Part shown: positions 53,101 to 64,000 of the stretch, one piece after another
How the letters are laid out: the number at the start of each line of letters is the position of its first letter
How positions within the stretch are numbered: the stretch's first letter is position 1
DNA from: Candidatus Moraniibacteriota bacterium
Lineage (GTDB): Bacteria; Patescibacteriota; Minisyncoccia; Moranbacterales; UBA1568
Length of the DNA stretch: 64,000 nt
NCBI GenBank assembly: GCA_963778555.1
Contig: CAVZUR010000005.1
Span: 33,756 to 97,755 of the forward strand
Direction: 5' to 3'
The notes under the pieces: generated by a model
What the model saw: the letters and a program-made list of their open reading frames with translations, nothing else
The model's database searches: none
What the model was told of the DNA's origin: nothing
Translations under genes and position numbers: made by a program

Positions 53101-56100
53101 CTCCTCGACAACGCCGACTCTACCGCGACTGGCACCACCATCGTCACCGATGCCATCGCCATCACGAACTCAGGCGGATCGAACTTCACCAACTTCCTCA
53201 ATACCCCGACTCTCGACATCAGTGCGGCGGGGGCGATCACCGGAGCGACGGGGATCACGAGCTCGGGGAACATCACGTTCTCTAGCCTTACCGCCAACTC
53301 TTTCCTCTACTCGGGTACGGGCGGTCTCCTCACCACGACCACCGCTCCGACCAATGGTCAGCTCCTTATCGGAAGTACCGGTGTGGCTCCAGTCGCGGCG
53401 GCACTTGACCCAAGGCACTGGTATCACCGTCACCAACGGTGCGGGAAGCATCACCATCGCTTCGACCCTCGGGACGAGCGTGGACCTCACAACTGAAGTG
53501 ACCGGCACCCTCCCAGTCGGCAATGGCGGTACCGGCGCGACATCGCTGACGGATCTCATCGCGTTGACGACGCATACCACAGGGAACTATGTGGCCAGCC
53601 TCACCGCTGGCAACGGTATCAGTGGTACCGTCGCCAGCGAGGGAGCAACCCCGACCCTCGATATCGATCTCCTTGTCGCTGCTGATGGCACGGGCGTCAC
53701 TTCCTCCAATTCCGGTCTCGAATTCGCTGGTGCAAGCTCTGATAAGCTCGCACTCATCCAAGGCTGTTCCAATGGTCAGGGTATTTCTTGGAATGACACG
53801 ACCAATCTCTGGGAATGCACCAGTTTCTCCGCCGGACTCTCCGGGACGGGGACTACGGGCTACAACGCGTATTGGAGTGGAACGACATCGCTCGGATCAG
53901 AACAATTCGTCGCGACAGTCCGAGGCGGCACCGGTCTCGATGGCTCAGCCGCCGCCAATGGCACCCTCCTCATTGGCAATGGCACGGGATATACGTTAGC
54001 GACCTTGACCGATGGTACGGGTATTACTATCACGGAAGGTGCAGGAAGCATCACCATCGCTTCCACCCTCGGGACGAGCGTGGACCTCACAACTGAAGTG
54101 ACCGGCACCCTCCCAGTCGGCAATGGTGGTACCGGCGCGACATCGCTGACGGATCTCATCGCGTTGACGACGCATACCACAGGGAACTATGTGGCCAGCC
54201 TCACCGCTGGCAACGGTATCAGTGGTACCGTCGCCAGCGAGGGAGCAACCCCGACCCTCGATATCGATCTCCTTGTCGCTGCTGATGGCACGGGCGTCAC
54301 TTCCTCCAATTCCGGTCTCGAATTCGCTGGTGCAAGCTCTGATAAGCTCGCACTCATCCAAGGCTGTTCCAATGGTCAAGGTATTTCTTGGAATGACACG
54401 ACCAATCTCTGGGAATGCACCAGTTTCTCCGCCGGACTCTCCGGGAGTGGCACGACCGGTTATGCGACCTACTGGAGTGGCACCTCCTCCTTGGGGAGCG
54501 AGCAATTTCTCTCGACGGTCAGAGGTGGTACCGGTCTCGACGGTTCAGCCGCCGCCAATGGCACCCTCCTCATTGGCAATGGCACGGGATATACGTTAGC
54601 GACCCTGACCGGTACGGCGAATGAAATTGGCATTACGAATGCCGCTGGCTCCATCACTATCGGTGTCCCGGATGACGGACTCGACTTCACCGAATTCCAA
54701 GACACCCTCGATCTCGATGCCGCCCTCACCCTGAACCAGACCACCAATACCTGGACCCAGTCCTTCACCGGCACCACCACCACCGGCTTCGCCTACACCG
54801 CCACTTCCCTCACCACTGGCTCCGCCCTCAATGTCACTACCACCAATACCGCCACCGCCAACACCGCCCTCTCACCGGTTCAGTTCAATCTGACGAATGC
54901 TCAATCAACTACCGCCAACACCAATGGTGTCACCGGCCTCGCCGTCAACTTCACCAACAACCCGAGTGTTGCTGGTAACACGGAGTACGCACTCCGGATC
55001 CAGAATCAGCTCACCGCGAACGTCACCGACAACGCTGTCAGTGCCCTCCTCCTCCTCGACAACGCCGACTCTACCGCGACTGGCACCACCATCGTCACCG
55101 ATGCCATCGCCATCACGAACTCAGGCGGATCGAACTTCACCAACTTCCTCAATACCCCAACCCTCGACATCAGTGCGGCGGGGGCCATCACTGGAGCGAC
55201 GGGGATCACCTCGAGTGGCTCTATCACCTTTAGTGCCTTTACCAGTAATGGTGGTCCGCTCTACACCAACGGTTCGGGTGTCATCGCTCAAACCACTGCC
55301 GGGACAGCAACCCAAGTCCTCCATGGTGGTACTGCTCCAAGCTTCTCCGCGGTCTCCCTCACCACCGATGTCTCGGGCACCCTCCCAGTCGGCAATGGCG
55401 GTACTGGCGCCACCACCTTCACTGCCAATGGCGTCCTCTATGGCAACACCACCGGTGCGGTCCAAGTCACCGCCGCCGGCACGAATGGTCAGCTCCTCCT
55501 CGGCGTCACGGCTGGTGCCCCGACCTTCGCCACCATGAGTAGCGATGCCTCCATCACCAATGCTGGTGTCCTGACTATCGCCGCCGATGCTGTCGCCCTC
55601 ACCACCGATACCACGGGGAACTATGTCGCGAATGTCCAGACGAGCGTCCTCACCGGTCTCACCGGTGGCTCAGCGGGGAGCGAAGGAGCGTCTCTCACCC
55701 TCAACCTCGATTACTCCCAAGCCCTGACCGGGGATGTGGCCTTGGGTGCGAATGCAGGTGTCTTCGGTCAGTCCGGCTTCGCCTTCGAAGGCTCGAGTGC
55801 TGATACGATCGAGACCTATCTCGTCGTCACCAATCCTACTGCCTCGGACAAGACGATTACGTTCCCCAACGTGTCCGGCACCATCGCCCTTCTGGATGGC
55901 GCTCAGACCTTTACGAGTGCGACCTGGAACGCGACGGCTATCGGTGCACAGTATGGCGGCACCGGTATTAACACGAGTGCTTCAACCGGCATCCCCACCA
56001 TTTCGGCTGGTACCTGGAGCGTCTCAGCCACGCTCGGCGCTGCTTCCATCACCGCTGACTCCCTCGACTTCACCGAATTCCAAGACACCCTCGATCTCGA

Positions 56101-59100
56101 TGCGGCCCTCACCCTGAACCAGACCACCAATACCTGGACCCAGTCCTTCACCGGCACCACCACCACCGGCTTCGCCTACACCGCCACTTCCCTCACCACT
56201 GGCTCCGCCCTCAATGTCACCACCACCAATACCGCCACCGCCAACACCGCCCTCTCACCGGTTCAGTTCAATCTGACCAATGCTCAATCAACTACCGCCA
56301 ACACCAATGGTGTCACCGGCCTCGCCGTCAACTTCACCAACAACCCGAGTGTTGCTGGTAACACGGAGTACGCACTCCGGATCCAGAATCAGCTCACCGC
56401 GAACGTCACCGACAACGCTGTCAGTGCCCTCCTCCTCCTCGACAACGCCGACTCTACCGCGACTGGCACCACCATCGTCACGGATGCCATCGCCATCACG
56501 AACTCAGGCGGATCGAACTTCACCAACTTCCTCAATACCCCAACCCTCGACATCAGTGCGGCGGGGGCCATCACCGGAGCGACGGGGATCACCTCGAGTG
56601 GCTCTATCACCTTTAGTGCCTTTACCAGTAATGGTGGTCCGCTCTACACCAACGGTTCGGGTGTCATCGCTCAAACCACTGCCGGGACAGCAACCCAAGT
56701 CCTCCATGGTGGTACTGCTCCAAGCTTCTCCGCGGTCTCCCTCACCACCGATGTCTCGGGCACCCTCCCAGTCGGCAATGGCGGTACTGGCGCCACCACC
56801 TTCACTGCCAATGGCGTTCTCTATGGCAACACCACCGGTGCGGTCCAAGTCACCGCCGCCGGCACGAATGGTCAGCTCCTCCTCGGCGTCACGGCTGGTG
56901 CCCCGACCTTCGCCACCATGAGTAGCGATGCCTCCATCACCAATGCTGGTGTCCTGACTATCGCCGCCGATGCTGTCGCCCTCACCACCGATACCACGGG
57001 GAACTATGTGGCGAATGTTGCGAATGGGAACGGTATCGCGGGCGGCTCAGCGGGGAGCGAAGGGGCTTCCCTCACGCTCGCAATCGATTTACTGGATGTG
57101 GACGACAGTACGGGAGCGATTGCGAGCAACTCCGGCCTCGAATTCCAGGGCGCCGGTTCCAATGAGCTGACCTTACTGCAGGGCTGTTCCAATGGCCAAG
57201 GTATTTCTTGGGATGATACGACTATGGAATGGGAATGCACCAGTTTCTCCGCCGGACTCTCCGGGAGTGGCACGACCGGTTATGCGACCTACTGGAGTGG
57301 CACCTCCTCCTTCGGGAGCGAGCAATTTCTCTCGACGGTCAGAGGTGGTACCGGTATCGACGGTTCAGCCGCCGCCAATGGCACCCTCCTCATTGGCAAT
57401 GGCACGGGATATACCTAGCGACCCTGACCGGTACGGCGAATGAAATCGGCATTACGAATGCCGCTGGCTCCATCACTATCGGTGTCCCGGATGACGGACT
57501 CGACTTCACCGAATTCCAAGACACCCTCGATCTCGATGCGGCCCTCACCCTGAACCAGACCACCAATACCTGGACCCAGTCCTTCACCGGCACCACCACC
57601 ACCGGCTTCGCCTACACCGCCACTTCCCTCACCACTGGCTCCGCCCTCAATGTCACTACTACCAATACCGCCACCGCCAACACCGCCCTCTCACCGGTTC
57701 AATTCAATCTGACGAATGCTCAATCAACTACCGCCAACACCAATGGTGTCACCGGCCTCGCCGTCAACTTCACCAACAACCCGAGTGTCGCTGGTAACAC
57801 GGAGTACGCACTCCGGATCCAGAATCAGCTCACCGCGAACGTCACCGACAACGCTGTCAGTGCCCTCCTCCTCCTCGACAACGCCGACTCTACCGCGACT
57901 GGCACCACCATCGTCACCGATGCCATCGCCATCACGAACTCAGGCGGATCGAACTTCACCAACTTCCTCAATACCCCGACCCTCGACATCAGTGCGGCGG
58001 GGGCGATCACCGGAGCGACGGGGATCACCTCGAGTGGCTCTATCACCTTTAGTGCCTTTACCAGTAATGGTGGTCCGCTCTACACCAACGGTTCGGGTGT
58101 CATCGCTCAAACCACTGCCGGGACAGCAACCCAAGTCCTCCATGGCGGTACTGCTCCAAGCTTCTCCGCGGTCTCCCTCACCACCGATGTCTCGGGCACC
58201 CTCCCAGTCGGCAATGGCGGTACTGGCGCCACCACCTTCACTGCCAATGGCGTCCTCTATGGCAACACCACCGGTGCGGTCCAAGTCACCGCCGCCGGCA
58301 CGAATGGTCAGCTCCTCCTCGGCGTTACTGCCGGAGCCCCGACCTTCGCCACCATGAGTAGCGATGCCTCCATCACCAATGCTGGTGTCCTGACTATCGC
58401 CGCCGATGCTGTCGCCCTCACCACCGATACCACGGGGAACTATGTCGCGAATGTCCAGACGAGCGTCCTCACCGGTCTCACCGGTGGCTCAGCGGGGAGC
58501 GAAGGAGCGTCTCTCACCCTCAACCTCGATTACTCCCAAGCCCTGACCGGGGATGTGGCCTTGGGTGCGAATGCAGGTGTCTTCGGTCAGTCCGGCTTCG
58601 CCTTCGAAGGCTCGAGTGCTGATACGATCGAGACCTATCTCGTCGTCACCAATCCTACCGCCTCGGACAAGACGATTACGTTCCCCAACGTGTCCGGCAC
58701 CATCGCCCTTCTGGATGGCGCTCAGACCTTTACGAGTGCGACCTGGAACGCGACGGCTATCGGTGCACAGTATGGCGGCACCGGTATTAACACGAGTGCT
58801 TCAACCGGCATCCCCACCATTTCGGCCGGTACCTGGAGCGTCTCAGCCACGCTCGGCGCTGCTTCCATCACCGCTGACTCCCTCGACTTCACCGAATTCC
58901 AAGACACCCTCGATCTCGATGCGGCCCTCACCCTGAACCAGACCACCAATACCTGGACCCAGTCCTTCACCGGCACCACCACCACCGGCTTCGCCTACAC
59001 CGCCACTTCCCTCACCACTGGCTCCGCCCTCAATGTCACTACCACCAATACCGCCACCGCCAACACCGCCCTCTCACCGGTTCAGTTCAATCTGACGAAT

Positions 59101-62100
59101 GCTCAATCAACTACCGCCAACACCAATGGTGTCACCGGCCTCGCCGTCAACTTCACCAACAACCCGAGTGTCGCTGGTAACACGGAGTACGCACTCCGGA
59201 TCCAGAATCAGCTCACCGCGAACGTCACCGACAACGCTGTCAGTGCCCTCCTCCTCCTCGACAACGCCGACTCTACCGCGACTGGCACCACCATCGTCAC
59301 CGATGCCATCGCCATCACGAACTCAGGCGGATCGAACTTCACCAACTTCCTCAATACCCCAACCCTCGACATCAGTGCGGCGGGGGCCATCACCGGAGCG
59401 ACGGGGATCACCTCGAGTGGCTCTATCACCTTTAGTGCCTTTACCAGTAATGGTGGTCCGCTCTACACCAACGGTTCGGGTGTCATCGCTCAAACCACTG
59501 CCGGGACAGCAACCCAAGTCCTCCATGGTGGTACTGCTCCAAGCTTCTCCGCGGTCTCCCTCACCACCGATGTCTCGGGCACCCTCCCAGTCGGCAATGG
59601 CGGTACTGGCGCCACCACCTTCACTGCCAATGGCGTCCTCTATGGCAACACCACCGGTGCGGTCCAAGTCACCGCCGCCGGCACGAATGGTCAGCTCCTC
59701 CTCGGCGTCACGGCTGGTGCCCCGACCTTCGCCACCATGAGTAGCGATGCCACCATCACCAATGCTGGTGTCCTGACTATCGCCGCCGATGCTGTCGCCC
59801 TCACCACCGATACCACGGGGAACTATGTCGCGAATGTCCAGACGAGCGTCCTCACCGGTCTCACCGGTGGCTCAGCGGGGAGCGAAGGAGCGTCTCTCAC
59901 CCTCAACCTCGATTACTCCCAAGCCCTGACCGGGGATGTGGCCTTGGGTGCGAATGCAGGTGTCTTCGGTCAGTCCGGCTTCGCCTTCGAAGGCTCGAGT
60001 GCTGATACGATCGAGACCTATCTCGTCGTCACCAATCCTACCGCCTCGGACAAGACGATTACGTTCCCGGATGCATCCGGCACCGTTGTCCTGTCAGGTG
60101 GGACACTGTTCACGGCCGACTGGCACCTCCGGTATCGAGCCAAACCATCTCGCAGGGGGATATCTGACTATCGCCGCTGGTACCGGTATCACGACCACCG
60201 GCGGAGCGACTGATACCATCACCATCGCTTCCACCCTCGGGACGAGCATCGCCGCAGCTGAAGTCGATGCAATCTCTCGACTTCACCGAATTCCAAGACA
60301 CCCTCGATCTCGATGCGGCCCTCACCCTGAACCAGACCACCAATACCTGGACCCAGTCCTTCACGGGCACCACCACCACCGGCTTCGCCTACACCGCCAC
60401 TTCCCTCACCACTGGCTCCGCCCTCAATGTCACTACCACCAATACCGCGACCACCAACACCGCCCTCTCACCGGTTCAATTCAATCTGACCAATGCTCAA
60501 TCAACCACCGCCAACACCAATGGTGTCACCGGTCTCGCCGTCAACTTCACCAACAACCCGAGTGTCGCTGGTAACACGGAGTACGCACTCCGGATCCAGA
60601 ATCAGCTCACCGCGAACGTCACCGACAACGCTGTCAGTGCTCTCCTCCTCCTCGACAACGCCGACTCTACCGCGACTGGCACCACCATCGTCACCGATGC
60701 CATCGCCATCACGAACTCAGGCGGATCGAACTTCACCAACTTCCTCAATACCCCGACCCTCGACATCAGTGCGGCGGGGGCGATCACTGGAGCGACGGGG
60801 ATCACCTCGAGTGGCTCTATCACCTTCAGCGCCTTTACCAGTAATGGTGGTCCGCTCTACACCAACGGTTCGGGTGTCATCGCTCAAACCACTGCCGGGA
60901 CAGCAACCCAAGTCCTCCATGGCGGTACTGCTCCAAGCTTCTCCGCGGTCTCCCTCACCACCGATGTCTCGGGCACCCTCCCAGTCGGCAATGGTGGTAC
61001 TGGCGCCACCACCTTCACTGCCAATGGCGTTCTCTATGGCAACACCACCGGTGCGGTCCAAGTCACCGCCGCCGGCACGAATGGTCAGCTCCTCCTCGGT
61101 GTCACGGCTGGTGCGCCAGTTTTTGCAACTATGAGCACGGACGCCACCATCACCAATGCTGGTGTCCTGACCATCGCCGCCAATGCCGTCGCCCTCACCA
61201 CCGATACCACGGGGAACTATGTGGCGAATGTTGCGAATGGGAATGGTATCGCGGGCGGCTCAGCGGGGAGCGAGGGCGCCGCACTGACCCTAGCAATCGA
61301 TCTCTTGGATGTGGATGACAGCGTTGGGTCCATAACCAGCAACTCCGGTCTCGAATTCCAGGGCGCCGGTTCCAATGAGCTGACCCTGCTGCAGGGTTGC
61401 GCGAATCTCGAGGTATTGGCGTGGGATGATACGACTATGGAGTGGGAGTGTACGGCAATCTCTGGCACTGGTGTGGTCACTGGTTCTGGTACAACTGGGC
61501 AAGTCACTTATTGGAGCGGAACGACGACTCTGACTGGCGAGAATCAGCTGGCTCCTCTCCGTGGCGGTACCGGTATCAATGGAAGTGCGGCCGCCAACGG
61601 CACCCTCCTCATCGGCAATGGCACGGGGTATACTCTGGCGACGTTGACCGACGGGACCGGCGTCACCATCACGGAAGGTGCGGGGAGCATCACCATCGCT
61701 TCGACCCTCGGCACGACCATCGCCGCCGCTGAAGTCGATGCAGATGCTCTCGACTTCACCGAATTCCAAGACACCCTCGATCTCGATGCGGCCCTCACCC
61801 TGAACCAGACCACCAATACCTGGACCCAGTCTTTCACGGGCACCACCACCACCGGCTTCGCCTACACCGCCACTTCCCTCACCACTGGCTCCGCCCTCAA
61901 TGTCACTACCACCAATACCGCCACCGCCAACACCGCCCTCTCACCGGTTCAGTTCAATCTGACGAATGCTCAATCAACCGCCGCCAACACCAATGGTGTC
62001 ACCGGCCTCGCCGTCAACTTCACCAACAACCCGAGTGTTGCCGGCAACACGGAGTACGCGCTCCGGATCCAGAATCAGCTCACCGCGAACGTCACCGACA

Positions 62101-64000
62101 ACGCTGTCAGTGCTCTCCTCCTCCTCGACAACGCCGACTCTACCGCGACTGGCACCACCATCGTCACCGATGCCATCGCCATCACGAACTCAGGCGGATC
62201 GAACTTCACCAACTTCCTCAATACCCCAACCCTCGACATCAGTGCGGCGGGGGCCATCACCGGAGCGACGGGGATCACGAGCTCGGGGAACATCACGTTC
62301 TCTAGCCTTACCGCCAACTCCTTCCTCTACTCGGGTACGGGCGGTCTCCTGACGACGACGACCGCTCCGACCAATGGCCAGCTCCTTATCGGAAGTACCG
62401 GCGTGGCTCCCGTCGCCGCGGCACTTACCCAAGGGACGGGTATCACCGTCACGAACGGTGCAGGAAGCATCACCATCGCTTCGACCTTGGGCACGACCAT
62501 CGCGGCCGCTGAAGTCGATGCCGACTCCCTCGACTTCACCGAATTCCAAGACACCCTCGACCTCGACGCCGACCTCACCTTAAACCAGACCACCAATACC
62601 TGGAGCCAGTCCTTCACCGGCACCACCACCACCGGCTTCGCCTACACCGCCACTTCCCTCACCACTGGCTCCGCCCTCAATGTCACCACCACCAATACCG
62701 CCACGGCCAACACCGCCCTCTCACCGGTTCAGTTCAATCTGACCAATGCTCAATCCACCCTCGCGAATACAGCTGGCATTAATGGAGTGCAAGTCAACTT
62801 CACCAACAACCCATCCATTGCGGGAAACACCGAAAATGCGGTTCGTATTCAGAACCAGCTCACCGCGAACGTCACCGACAACGCTGTCTCCTCCCTCCTC
62901 CTCCTCGACAACGCCGATACAACCGCGGCAGGGAGTACGGTTGTTACTGACGCGCTCCGTATCACCAATAGCGGTGCCATCGCCGCCGGCATCACCAATG
63001 GCATCACGTTCGCCTCGGCCACGATCGATACCGGTATCAATTTCTCAGCGGCACCAACCACCAACATCTTGAACACGCCGAGCATTGATATCTCGACAGC
63101 CGGTGCCATCACCGGAGCGACAGGATTACCTCTTCGGGTACCATCACCTTCTCTGGTCTCTCCACAGCCGGTATCGTCACCAACACCTGCGGGCGGTGTC
63201 TTGGGCACGACGACGGCCGTCGCCGCGACCCTCGGTGGGACAGGCTTCTCGTCCTATGCCGTCGGTGATCTCCTCTATGCCAATACGACAACGTCTTTGG
63301 CCAAGCTGGCTGCTGTCGCTTCTGGTAGCTGCCTCGTTTCGGCTGGCGTCGGTGTGGCGCCGACCTGGGGGACTTGTGATCCGTCGGGGGATTCATTCAC
63401 GACCAGTGCAGGGGTGATTACCAAGTCCCCGCTGTCCGATCGGTTCTCGCTCCAGTATGGTGATGCGGCTGATATTCAGCTCACTATTGAGAATACGACT
63501 AATGCGGTTATACCGACGGTGGATGCGATGCAGATCGATCTCTCGGGCGGCACAACGGGCATCGTGACGGACGGTGTTGATGGACTCGTTATCACAACCG
63601 AGTTTGGCAATGGTACCGCCAATACGAACAGTGCGCTGCGTCTCAGTGTTATCCCGGTGAATACTCCGAGCGGTGACGAAACATTCTTTGCTTTGAATAT
63701 CGATGCATTGGCAGCTGGGACGAGCGCAACGAAGTAGCTATAAACATCAATTCTAACTGGGATACGCTTCTCAATACCCCGACCCTCGATATCTCTGGTG
63801 CTGGTGCGATCACCGGTGCGACGGGGATTACGAGCTCGGGGAACATCACCTTCTCCGGCCTCACCGCGAACTCTTTCCTCTACTCGGGTACGGGCGGTCT
63901 CCTCACCACGACCACCGCTCCGACCAATGGTCAGCTCCTTATCGGAAGTACCGGCGTGGCTCCAGTCGCCGCGGCGCTCACCCAAGGCACGGGCATCACC
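44172..64000 (+). CDS. Giant secreted T/G/A/S-rich modular fibre/adhesin (>6,500 aa, 3'-truncated, several indel breaks)
   Basis: Signal peptide; ORFs 44172, 46487, 47658, 52399/52946, 57229, 60267 continue the same repeat modules across frame changes; the repeats continue to the window end. Confidence 0.88.
48495..63130 (+). repeat. 11 near-identical copies of a ~540-bp module (LDFTEFQDTLDLD...GATGITSSG), interspersed with other repeated modules
   Basis: Starts at about 48495, 49872, 51267, 52729, 54680, 56063, 57499, 58882, 60276, 61749 and 62529; the last copy is diverged. Confidence 0.92.

Noticed and set aside
48712-63072. Recurrent alternative-frame and antisense ORFs (MLNQLPPTP..., MVVVPVKDW...)
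   Set aside because: They are shadows of the repeated module's codon bias.
46380-63740. Giant gene as several separate ORFs or phase-variable segments
   Set aside because: Breaks fall inside modules whose other copies are intact, so they look like single-base errors.
44172-64000. CRISPR array or DGR template/variable repeat pair
   Set aside because: Repeats are long, coding and differ mainly at synonymous sites; no unique spacers, no adenine-specific variation, and no cas or reverse transcriptase gene in the window.

Overview
A bacterial chromosomal segment, almost entirely + strand. Gene content and style suggest Patescibacteria (CPR/Parcubacteria-like); this is inference, not a database result. 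Housekeeping genes: argS (partial), ileS with a T-box leader, recO, tgt, glyQS, an M16 peptidase, rsmI, metG, tatD, a full atpBEFHAGDC operon, leuS, glmS, a DnaQ-like exonuclease, uppP, folD and parAB. Accessory genes: an AOX/PTOX-like di-iron protein next to nirK, a LysM-lytic transglycosylase, several small counter-oriented orphan cassettes, and a >19.8 kb giant modular fibre/adhesin gene that runs off the right end. Single-base indels in essential genes (nirK, metG, atpA, leuS, giant gene) point to long-read assembly errors. The most striking structure is at 41002-41240 (- strand): an intact tRNA-Leu(CAA), flanked by 5-bp direct repeats, nested inside a second tRNA-Leu (probably UAA) that is cut into four pieces by three inserts yet reassembles into an 83-nt cloverleaf with canonical stems. 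Other notable signals are a 164-nt rod-shaped RNA candidate before recO, sharp low-GC patches inside three aminoacyl-tRNA synthetase genes, and hub-based module shuffling in the giant gene.
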